Shown here one piece after another: positions 1 to 7,347 of a stretch of 64,000 bases of DNA. Position 1 is the stretch's first letter; every line of letters begins with the position of its first letter. A program made the translations under genes and the position numbers. The notes below the pieces were generated by a model. That model worked only from the letters and a program-made list of their open reading frames with translations. It was not told the origin of the DNA and did not search any database. Source of the DNA: an uncultured Vicinamibacterales bacterium (GTDB taxonomy: Bacteria > Acidobacteriota > Vicinamibacteria > Vicinamibacterales > JAKQTR01); contig CAYZYG010000013.1 of assembly GCA_964481395.1 (NCBI GenBank), positions 1,452 to 65,451 of the forward strand, written 5' to 3'.

Positions 1-225
1 GTAGCTGCCCTCCGAGGCTGCCCCGTCCTCGAGCGCCCGCGCCGAGGCCGCGTCGGCGGCGATGCCGCACGCCCGCCCGGACAGCCCCGCTTTGCCCGCG
101 AGCCTGCCGAAGACCAGTGGCAGGCCAACCCCCACTTGGAGGAACCGATCGCCCAGCCGCACGCCAACCATGTCCACGGCCAGTTCAACGGGCCCACGCA
201 TCTTCCTGAACAGCCACGAGAGCAT
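1..225 (-). CDS. hypothetical protein, 5' part only (continues off the left edge)
   Basis: Open frame running off the left edge. ATG at 225 has GAGGAG 7 nt upstream. Third codon positions are strongly G/C. The product starts MLSWLFRKMRGPVELAVDMVGVRLGDRF; no family recognised. The same frame stays open upstream to an ATG at 507 (in-frame stop at 595-597), so the true start could be 507. Confidence 0.4.
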   Translation of the reverse strand, partial: MLSWLFRKMRGPVELAVDMVGVRLGDRFLQVGVGLPLVFGRLAGKAGLSGRACGIAADAASARALEDGAASEGSY

Positions 226-541
226 GGGAGACTCCTCTTCCGATTCCGGGAGACCTGGGATCCGGCGCCGTCCGGCCCAGAGGTCTCGGCAGGTCGGGAT
301 CCGACCGCTGGAGGCCGGCCCTTCCGCCTTCGCGGAACGCTTCGGCGGACCGCCGTAGCCTTGGCGGAGGGCGGTCAGTGCCCGCACGCCCGCCGGGGCC
401 CAAGCCGCGGCCTCCACCAGACGCGGGCCAGCCCACGGGGTCTGCTGAGCCACGCCGCCCCCCCGCGGCCCGGTCTGCGGCCGGGCGTAGTGAGGGTAGC
501 GATCCATCCGGGCCAGCGATCGGGAGAGCGCCCAGAACTGG

Positions 542-586
542 CCCCCGGTCCCAGGTCCCCGGCCCCGGCCCCGGCCCCGGCCCCGG
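542..586. repeat. tandem array: GGTCCC-type units followed by (CCCCGG)x5
   Basis: Read directly: cccccggtcccaggt then ccccgg x5 at 557-586. Confidence 0.9.
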
Positions 587-769
587 CGAGGATCTCAGAC
601 GAGTAGACACCGAAGAGTCCTCTCCAGGTGTCACTCGCGGGCTCGCCCGACAGGCCGATTGTGCCGCCATCGTGCGAATTCGTGCAAGTTCGCGCACGGA
701 TCGGCCGAAAAGAGGAGAGTTGAGGAACGGTGGCGACGTGGCAGGGTTCTTGCGCCCAGGGTTCGCGTC

Positions 770-1822
770 ATGCGCAGCCACCCGACCGACCGAGCCGCCT
801 GGTATACCCCGGAAGAAGTGGCCAGAGCCGCCGGATCGGATGCGGCGACGGTCCGATCACACTTGGGCAGAGATGCGGGCCGATGGGATTTCCTGATTCC
901 GGAACGAACGGCGATCGGTCTGGTGCGAGCGCTCAGGCGGCACCCGCAGGGGACCCCGCCAAGGCTGACTCCGACGGGGCTGTTCGAGCAGCCCGCCGGG
1001 ACCGTCAGCCCCAGGGGCGCGCCGATGGCAGCCTCGACTGCGGCTCACGCGCTGTTGATGGCCGGAATCGTCCTGATTTCGACGGTTGGAGCCGATTCGA
1101 CGCCGCCCCGGACGAACTCGCGCGGCCTCGAGCCGCTTCGCCTCGTGTACCTGGCTCTGCCCGGCCCAGGCGGTGGGGGCGGCGGAGGGGGATTGCGCCA
1201 CGCGAGCCCACCGCCCAAGGCCAAGCGGCAGGGTGCCGCGCGTCTCAGCAGTCCCGTGGCCGTGCGAAAGCCTCCCGCACTGGAGCCGCCACCCAACGAG
1301 CCGGAGCCGCCCAAGGCTCCACCGCCGGAACAGCCGCCCCCCGTCGCGGCTCCGGTCGTGGAGGTCCAGGGCGATGACCAGAACCGGGCCGGTCTCCCGA
1401 CCGAGCGCGCCGCGACCGAGGACAGCCGAGGATCAGGGAGCGGCGGAGGAACCGGCAGCGGCACTGGAACGGGCGTCGGCGAAGGCTCCGGGCCCGGACT
1501 CGGGCCCGGGTCGGGCGGCGGCACGGGTGGCGGACCGTATCGTCCTGGCAGCGGGGTCGAGCCGCCGGTCGTCCTCCACGAAGTCAGGCCGAGCTACACG
1601 GAACAGGCCCGACAGCGCGGTGTCTCGGGTGAAGTTGTGCTGGAGGTCGTCGTGCTGCGCGACGGTGCGGTCGGCACGGTTCGGGTCCTGAGGGGGCTTG
1701 GATCGGGACTCGACGAACGAGCGATCGAAGCCGTACGGCAGTGGAGGTTCGAGCCGGCGCGGTTCCGCGGCACTCCCGTGGACGTGCTGGTCGAAGTCGC
1801 CGTGGAGTTCAGGCTGCGCTGA
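770..1822 (+). CDS. TonB-family energy transducer (TonB C-terminal domain protein)
   Basis: Track ORF 659..1822. The C-terminal ~85 aa (VLHEVRPSYTEQARQRGVSGEVVLEVVVLRDGAVGTVRVLRGLGSGLDERAIEAVRQWRFEPARFRGTPVDV) matches the TonB_C fold. It is preceded by a TM helix (HALLMAGIVLISTV) and a Pro/Gly-rich spacer. Start uncertain: ATG 770 or ATG 1025. Confidence 0.75.
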   Translation: MRSHPTDRAAWYTPEEVARAAGSDAATVRSHLGRDAGRWDFLIPERTAIGLVRALRRHPQGTPPRLTPTGLFEQPAGTVSPRGAPMAASTAAHALLMAGIVLISTVGADSTPPRTNSRGLEPLRLVYLALPGPGGGGGGGGLRHASPPPKAKRQGAARLSSPVAVRKPPALEPPPNEPEPPKAPPPEQPPPVAAPVVEVQGDDQNRAGLPTERAATEDSRGSGSGGGTGSGTGTGVGEGSGPGLGPGSGGGTGGGPYRPGSGVEPPVVLHEVRPSYTEQARQRGVSGEVVLEVVVLRDGAVGTVRVLRGLGSGLDERAIEAVRQWRFEPARFRGTPVDVLVEVAVEFRLR

Positions 1823-1843
1823 GGCAGCCGTGGGTGGGTCATC

Positions 1844-2770
1844 ATGATCGACACCGTTCTGATCGTCGTCACGCTCGCCTCCTTGAGCTTCGCCCTCGCG
1901 ATGGGCGTGGTCGTCTGGCGGCTACTGAGGCTGGAGCAGAAGCGCTCGGCGTCCCGGGTCGAGTCGCTCAGCAGCGCCGCCGACGAGGCGGCCGACGAGG
2001 ACGGCATGGTCCCAGACCTCGACCTCAGCCCCGTCATGGCCACCCAGGGGTCGGCGTCCGGGCCCTGGTTGCCGCCTGGAGAGGCGACGGGACCTGGTGA
2101 TCGTTCCTGCCCGGATCCCGGATCCCCGATCCCGGGTCCCGGGAGGTACGCCGCTCCCCTCTGGACCGACCTCGTGATCGATCAGGCCGCAGGCGCTGCA
2201 CGGACAACGGACGATCGCGTCGCCGCTGCGCACCTCTTCAGCGAGAACGCTGTCCCCGCCGGCAACGGGCGACGGCTCGTCGCCGGTCTGGCTCTCGCGA
2301 CGATGTTCCTCGCGCTCGCCGGCGCCGTTGTGGTGTCGATGTCGAAACGCGCTCAGGCAACCGTCCCGGCGGCCGCCGCGCCGCCACCGCTGGAACTGCT
2401 GTCGCTCGAACACGTGCGCGCCCAGGGGCACCTGGCGATTCGCGGTGTGGTCCGCAATCCGGTCGAGCGCGGTGCAATGGCGGGCCTCGTGGCCGTCGTC
2501 TTTCTGTTCGACCGCGATGGCCGGTACCTCGGCACGGTGAAGCAGCCGATGCCTGATCCCGTGCTGTCCCCAGGCGCTGATGCGGCGTTCGAAGTCGCCG
2601 TGAGCGACCAGCTTCCGGTCGGGCGGTACCGGGTGACCTTCCACGCCGGTCGGGCACCCGTCCCCCACCTGGACCGGCGGGCGGTGACGCCACGGGCGCC
2701 GGGATCCCCTGAGAAGGTGACCGTGCCGCCGCGTGGAACGGCTGTGCTGTCAGCAGCCGCGAGCCGGTAG
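1844..2770 (+). CDS. hypothetical membrane protein (two predicted TM helices; C-terminal beta-rich domain, possibly DUF3426-like)
   Basis: Track ORF 308 aa. N-terminal TM helix (IDTVLIVVTLASLSFALAMGVVVW) and a second TM helix (LVAGLALATMFLALAGAVVV). High GC3 throughout. Carries an in-frame heptamer array at 2110-2144. Confidence 0.6.
   Translation: MIDTVLIVVTLASLSFALAMGVVVWRLLRLEQKRSASRVESLSSAADEAADEDGMVPDLDLSPVMATQGSASGPWLPPGEATGPGDRSCPDPGSPIPGPGRYAAPLWTDLVIDQAAGAARTTDDRVAAAHLFSENAVPAGNGRRLVAGLALATMFLALAGAVVVSMSKRAQATVPAAAAPPPLELLSLEHVRAQGHLAIRGVVRNPVERGAMAGLVAVVFLFDRDGRYLGTVKQPMPDPVLSPGADAAFEVAVSDQLPVGRYRVTFHAGRAPVPHLDRRAVTPRAPGSPEKVTVPPRGTAVLSAAASR
2110..2144. repeat. heptamer array (CCCGGAT-type) x5, in frame inside a CDS
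   Basis: cccggat cccggat ccccgat cccgggt cccggga; translated as PDPGSPIPGPG. Confidence 0.9.
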
Positions 2771-2857
2771 GCGGGTTGTCCCGCTCCCGCAGGGCGGCTC
2801 GGCTCGGCAAAGGGCAGGCCCGGAGCGGTGACACACGGATCCGTGGGAGACACGGTC

Positions 2858-3964
2858 ATGTCGACACACGCTTGGAGACTCGTCCGCGGGCTCGCCGGCG
2901 TCACGTCGGCGCTGGCGCTGCTGGCCGCCGGCGGCAACGTCCTTCGCGGACAACAGGACGACTCGCGGTTCCGGTTCCGCACCGGCGTGGACCTCGTCAA
3001 CGTCACGGTCACCGTGACCGACCGGAGCGGGCGATTCGTGCCGGGCCTCACGGTTCGGGACTTCACCGTGTTCGAGGACGGCGTACCGCAGCCGATCTCG
3101 CACTTCAGCAACGAGCGCGTGCCGGTGAGCCTCGGCATCGCCCTCGATTCGTCGGGCAGCATGGAAGGCGACAAGATCGAGGCGGCCGGGGCCGCCCTCG
3201 ATCGCTTCCTCGGCGAGTTGCTCGGCCCGGAAGATGAGGTGTTCCTGTTCCGCTTCAACGACCAGCCTGTGCTGGTCGAAGGCTGGACGTCCGACCTCGA
3301 GCGGCTGCGCCGCCGCCTGGGGCGACTGAACACGCGAGGCGGCACCGCGCTCTATGACACGGTCGTGGAATCCGTGGCGCTCGCTGCGTCGGGCCGGCAC
3401 CGGAAGAAGGCGCTGCTCCTCATCTCGGACGGGAACGACACCGAAAGCCAGGCGACGGTGCGCGAGGTCCGTCAGCTGATTCGTGAGTCCGAACTTCTCG
3501 TGTACGCGATTGGCATCGACGCAGACGCCGCATCCGGCACCGTCTCCAGACCGAGGCCGCAGCAGCCGCCCATCAGGATTCCCATCCCGTTCCCCTTCCC
3601 GGGAGGCCGACGCTACCCGCCTCAGCCCACGCCGCCGGTCGGAGGCAGCGGCCAACCACAGGACGAACGGGTCAATGAACGGGCGCTGCGTGACATGACC
3701 GACGACAGCGGCGGGCGAACCGAGATTATCCGCACGCCGCGCGACCTCGACCCGGCGACAGCCGGCATTGCGGACGAACTGAGCCGCCAGTACTTCCTGG
3801 CCTACCGCGCCGCTGCCAAAGCGGATGGCCGCTGGCACACCATCCGCGTCGAGGTCCGCAATCCTTCGTATCACGTCCGGTCGAGGCAGGGATATCTGGC
3901 GGAACGGCAGGCGACAGGCGACAGGCGACAGGCGACAGCAGACGGAATGGGTGCGTCGCGCTGA
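2858..3964 (+). CDS. VWA domain-containing protein (VWFA-related acidobacterial-type)
   Basis: Signal peptide MSTHAWRLVRGLAGVTSALALLAAGG. N-terminal motif FRTGVDLVNVTVTVTD..F.V.EDG. MIDAS motif in VSLGIALDSSGSM, and LLISDGNDT. ATG 2858 has GGGAGA upstream; the track ORF begins at GTG 2828. The 3' end is built from a (GGCGACA)4 array. Confidence 0.85.
   Translation: MSTHAWRLVRGLAGVTSALALLAAGGNVLRGQQDDSRFRFRTGVDLVNVTVTVTDRSGRFVPGLTVRDFTVFEDGVPQPISHFSNERVPVSLGIALDSSGSMEGDKIEAAGAALDRFLGELLGPEDEVFLFRFNDQPVLVEGWTSDLERLRRRLGRLNTRGGTALYDTVVESVALAASGRHRKKALLLISDGNDTESQATVREVRQLIRESELLVYAIGIDADAASGTVSRPRPQQPPIRIPIPFPFPGGRRYPPQPTPPVGGSGQPQDERVNERALRDMTDDSGGRTEIIRTPRDLDPATAGIADELSRQYFLAYRAAAKADGRWHTIRVEVRNPSYHVRSRQGYLAERQATGDRRQATADGMGASR
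3910..3937. repeat. heptamer array (GGCGACA)x4
   Basis: Perfect 4 copies forming the last codons of the VWA gene. Confidence 0.95.
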
Positions 3965-4013
3965 TCGCGCGACCTGTTCTGCCCCGGCCCGAGACGGACG
4001 CAGCCTCGGGGCA

Positions 4014-4034
4014 GGGGTCGGGAGTCAGGAGTCA
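4014..4034. repeat. heptamer array (GGNGTCN)x3
   Basis: ggggtcg ggagtca ggagtca. Confidence 0.8.
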
Positions 4035-4104
4035 GCATGGGGGCCTCGCGCTGACCGCGCGGAGGTATGAGTCAACACCGCCGCGCAGGGGCCTCTTGTC
4101 TTTG

Positions 4105-4152
4105 CCTCTGCCTCGGTCTCGGCCTCGGTCTCGGTCTCGGTCTCTGGTCCTG
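4105..4152. repeat. hexamer array (YCTCGG-type) x8
   Basis: cctctg cctcgg tctcgg cctcgg tctcgg tctcgg tctctg gtcctg. Confidence 0.9.
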
Positions 4153-4157
4153 CCTGT

Positions 4158-4192
4158 ATCTTTGTCTTCTGTCTTCTGTCTTCTGTCTTCTG
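4158..4192. repeat. heptamer array (TCTTCTG)x4 plus one degenerate unit
   Basis: atctttg then tcttctg x4. Confidence 0.95.
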
Positions 4193-4207
4193 CTACGATT
4201 CCTGTCC

Positions 4208-4939
4208 GTGTCCTCTCTCTCCATCGCCATCGGGCTCTCGATCGCCGGTAGCATCGGCGGGCTGCTGCTCGCATCGACTCTGCTCCTCTTCAAGGACACG
4301 GTCCGCCTCAAGCTGCTGCCGTGGCTCATCAGCTACGCCGTCGGCGCGCTGCTCGGCGCGTCGCTCATGCACCTGCTGCCGGAGTCGCTCGAGGATCTGC
4401 CCGCCGGATCGGTCTTCGGCACCTTGTTGGCCGGCATCATCGCCTTCTTCCTGCTCGAGAAACTGGTGTTGTGGCGCCACTGCCACGCCGATCACTGCGA
4501 GCTGCACAAGTCGGCGGCGCCGCTCATCCTCATCGGCGACGCGTTCCACAATTTCGTCGACGGTGCCGTGATTGCCGCGGCCACTGCCGTGTCGGTGCCG
4601 CTCGGCGTCACCACAGCCGTCGCCGTCGCCACGCACGAGATCCCGCAGGAGGTCGGCGACTTCGCCATCCTGCTCGGCGCCGGCTACTCGCGCCGGCGCG
4701 CCCTGCTGCTCAACGTCCTGTCGGGCCTGTCGGCGATCCTCGGCGTGCTGTTTGCCGGCTTGGCCATCAGCCTCGCCCCGCGCCTGTTACCGTATTTCCT
4801 GCCACTGGCCGCCGCCAGCTTCATCTATGTCGCGATGTCGGATCTCATTCCCAGCCTGCATCGCGGGCCGTTCGAACGCAACAGCGTCGGCCAGGTGCTG
4901 GTGGTCGCCCTCGGCATCCTGACCATGCTGCTCAGCTGA
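4208..4939 (+). CDS. ZIP family metal (zinc/iron) transporter
   Basis: HEIPQEVGDFAILLGAGYS signature, multiple TM helices, and HNFVDGAVIA. The track ORF starts at 4067, but its first 47 codons are a translation of the tandem arrays. In-frame GTG at 4208 gives a typical ~243 aa protein. Start uncertain. Confidence 0.8.
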   Translation: MSSLSIAIGLSIAGSIGGLLLASTLLLFKDTVRLKLLPWLISYAVGALLGASLMHLLPESLEDLPAGSVFGTLLAGIIAFFLLEKLVLWRHCHADHCELHKSAAPLILIGDAFHNFVDGAVIAAATAVSVPLGVTTAVAVATHEIPQEVGDFAILLGAGYSRRRALLLNVLSGLSAILGVLFAGLAISLAPRLLPYFLPLAAASFIYVAMSDLIPSLHRGPFERNSVGQVLVVALGILTMLLS

Positions 4940-5239
4940 ACTCCCAGCGGCACCGTCTCGAAGCACCTCGAGTCGCCCGAACCTCGCGCAGCGGGTGTCC
5001 TTCATTGAGGACACGCCCTTGGTCGGCATGCTGACGTTAAATGATTGATTAAACACATCTTAACAACATAGACGGCGAGCTGGCCCACTATTTGCTTGAG
5101 CCATTCGCGTCACGGTCGAGTCCCTCCGGGTGGGTGCCCCCTCCGAGTCGCGCGTGACTCGGATGGCGGGCGGCACCACCGGCGCTGCCGCACGCCCCCC
5201 AGACCGGGCCGGACTCTCCACACGTGAAAGGAGCGAGTC

Positions 5240-5791
5240 ATGTTCAGGCACATCACCGCCGGACTCGCGCTGCTGCTGATTCTGGCGGCGCCGGTCGGAG
5301 CCACAACTGAGCGCAAGGACTTCCAGGTCTTCAAAGACGTCTCGACGACGGTTCTCCAGTACTCGCGCTTCACGATCTTCGATGACGTGAGCGCGTCGGT
5401 GGACAACGGCGTCGTGACGCTGTACGGCAAGGTCACGATGCCCTTCAAGAAGTCGGACATCGAGAAGCGCGTCGCAAAGGTCGAAGGCGTGTCACGCGTC
5501 GACAACAGGATCGACGTGCTGGACGTGTCGATCTACGACGACGAGCTCAGGTACGCGATCGCGAGGGCCATCTACGGCAACTCGGCGTTCTGGCACTACG
5601 CGGCGATGGCCAATCCGCCGATTCACATCGTCGTGGACGGTGGACACGTCACCTTGAAGGGCGTGGTCAACAGCGAGGTCGAGCGGGCGCTGGCACGGTC
5701 GTTGGCAACCACCTTCGGCGCGCTGTCGGTGACCAACGAACTGCGCACGGACGCCGAGGTCAGGGCTGAGCTCGAGCGGCTGGGTCTATAG
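5240..5791 (+). CDS. BON domain-containing periplasmic protein
   Basis: AAAGGAG RBS upstream of the ATG. Signal peptide MFRHITAGLALLLILAAPVGA. Two BON-like modules (DNGVVTLYGKV...VEGVSRVDNRI and DGGHVTLKGVV...ALSVTNEL). Confidence 0.8.
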   Translation: MFRHITAGLALLLILAAPVGATTERKDFQVFKDVSTTVLQYSRFTIFDDVSASVDNGVVTLYGKVTMPFKKSDIEKRVAKVEGVSRVDNRIDVLDVSIYDDELRYAIARAIYGNSAFWHYAAMANPPIHIVVDGGHVTLKGVVNSEVERALARSLATTFGALSVTNELRTDAEVRAELERLGL

Positions 5792-6388
5792 CTCTTTCCC
5801 CAACCGGAGTTCGTCGCGCACGGGGATGCCCCCAAAGCCGCGATCGTCGGGCGCGGGGTTGTGGGGAACGAGCGCACCAGGGATGACCTCGGTGAGGTAG
5901 TAGCCCCGGCGCTGGTAGAAGTAGAGCGACGGCAGGTTGTCGTTGGTGGTCGCCACGACGATCCGGGAGAGCCGGAGGCGGCGGGCCAGCAATTCGGCCT
6001 CCGCGACGAGGTGTCCACCGACGCCTGAACGTTGCCAGGTCGGATCGGTTGCGAGGGCGACGATCTGCAGCGCGTCGCCCCGCAACCGGTACGCGAGTGC
6101 GCCCGCCAGTTCGCCCTTCATTTCCGCCACGAGCGCCGGCGCGTCGTCGAGGGACATCAGGCTCCCGAACGCCACGATGCGCGCCCGACCGAAGTCACGC
6201 TCGAACAGCGCCATCGTGGCGCGGCGATCGTCGTCGGTTGCTTCACGGACCATGACCGGCGGCAGTTCCAGATGGCTGCGGCATTCGCACACCACCTGGA
6301 GGCGGGCCTCCGCCCAATCGACGAACCTCCCGCAACGGGAACACCGCAGGACCGTTGGCTTGGCACCGAACAATGGGCGACCCACCAT
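5786..6388 (-). CDS. GNAT family N-acetyltransferase with N-terminal Cys-rich zinc-ribbon-like segment
   Basis: GNAT core (IVALATDPTWQRSGVGGHLVAEAELLARRL...LYFYQRRGY). The N-terminus has CSRCGRF...VCECRSH (CxxC...CxC). GGAGAA lies upstream of ATG 6388 (GTG 6391 is an alternative). Converges on and overlaps the BON gene by 6 nt. Confidence 0.75.
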   Translation of the reverse strand: MVGRPLFGAKPTVLRCSRCGRFVDWAEARLQVVCECRSHLELPPVMVREATDDDRRATMALFERDFGRARIVAFGSLMSLDDAPALVAEMKGELAGALAYRLRGDALQIVALATDPTWQRSGVGGHLVAEAELLARRLRLSRIVVATTNDNLPSLYFYQRRGYYLTEVIPGALVPHNPAPDDRGFGGIPVRDELRLGKEL

Positions 6389-6559
6389 CACTTCTCCTCA
6401 TGCGGACCGGGTTTCGGGCGCGGGATCGTAGTGTAACCCCGCCCGCAACCCGGCGGTCTAACCCTACGCAGACCAGCGGAATCCGCTGTCGCCTCTCCCG
6501 GCGCGCAGGCCCGGGCGGACCGGGCGGGCACAGGGGATTCGTTTTCCAGGGAGTCAGCC

Positions 6560-7246
6560 ATGCGCAGGATCTTCGCCATCGTCATCGTCGTGACCGCCTG
6601 TCTGGCGTTGCCGGCAGCGGCAGGGGCCCAGGAGGATGGACAGCAGCCACCGCCCGCCCAGGCGGTCGGACGGCCGCCCATCGGCGCGCCGCCAGGCCAG
6701 GCGGGAGCGCCCGGGCGACCGGCTCCTCTGACACAGGAACAGCGAGACAAGCTCCGCACGCTGCAGGAGCAGTTCCGGAAGGACGCGCAGGCCATCCAGG
6801 ATCGGCAGCGGGTCGCGCGGCGCGCGCTCCAGGATGCGCTCAGGGCGGAAACCGTTGATGAGAAAGCGGTTCGGGCGGCAGCAGCCAACGCGGCGGCAGC
6901 ACAGACAGATCGGCTGCTGCTCAACCGGCGGCGCCAGGCCGAGTTGAAGAACCTGCTGGGCCCCGAGCAACTCCGGCGGTTCAACATGGCGCAGCGTGCG
7001 AGGGCCCAGCGGGCACTGGCGGGCCGGCGCATGGCGGCACGCCCGGGCCAGCAGATGTTGGGTCGCGGTGTCGGTCCGCGGGCCAACCAGATGCGCCGGG
7101 CACCGGGCATGGGACCGGGGATGGGACCGGGCATGGGTCCCGGCGTCGGCCGGTGGCGGCAGTTCGGCCAGCCCGGGCCGATGATGGGCCCGAACGCGCC
7201 GGGCCCCAGACCGCAGCAGCTACGGCGGTGGCGCTGGTGGATCTAG
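6560..7246 (+). CDS. Spy/CpxP-family periplasmic protein (LTXXQ motifs) with Met-Gly-Pro repeat tail
   Basis: GGGAG RBS and a signal peptide. LTQEQ and LGPEQ motifs within helical repeats. The C-terminus carries PGMGPGMGPGMGPGVG. Confidence 0.75.
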   Translation: MRRIFAIVIVVTACLALPAAAGAQEDGQQPPPAQAVGRPPIGAPPGQAGAPGRPAPLTQEQRDKLRTLQEQFRKDAQAIQDRQRVARRALQDALRAETVDEKAVRAAAANAAAAQTDRLLLNRRRQAELKNLLGPEQLRRFNMAQRARAQRALAGRRMAARPGQQMLGRGVGPRANQMRRAPGMGPGMGPGMGPGVGRWRQFGQPGPMMGPNAPGPRPQQLRRWRWWI

Positions 7247-7247
7247 G

Positions 7248-7319
7248 TAGGCGACGGGCGACCGGCGACAGGCGGCAGGGGGAACGCTAGGCGACGGGCG
7301 ACCGGCGACAGGCGGCAGG
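7248..7319. repeat. 32-bp direct repeat x2 (8-bp gap), each copy built of GGCGACN heptamers
   Basis: taggcgacgggcgaccggcgacaggcggcagg occurs at 7248-7279 and again at 7288-7319. Confidence 0.95.
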
Positions 7320-7347
7320 CGACGGGGCTGAGGACGACCGCGAGGGG

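Noticed and set aside
185-896. Track ORFs 185..781(-), 136..606(+) and 378..896(+) in the left intergenic region.
   Set aside because: Their products are Pro/Gly/Arg-rich low-complexity strings, partly translations of the (CCCCGG)n array, with no motifs. Only the minus-strand frame leading into ATG 225 shows coding-like bias.
7248-7319. Possible CRISPR array (32-bp direct repeats).
   Set aside because: There are only two copies and the gap is 8 bp, far too short for a spacer. The repeat is itself a heptamer array, and there are no cas genes in the window.
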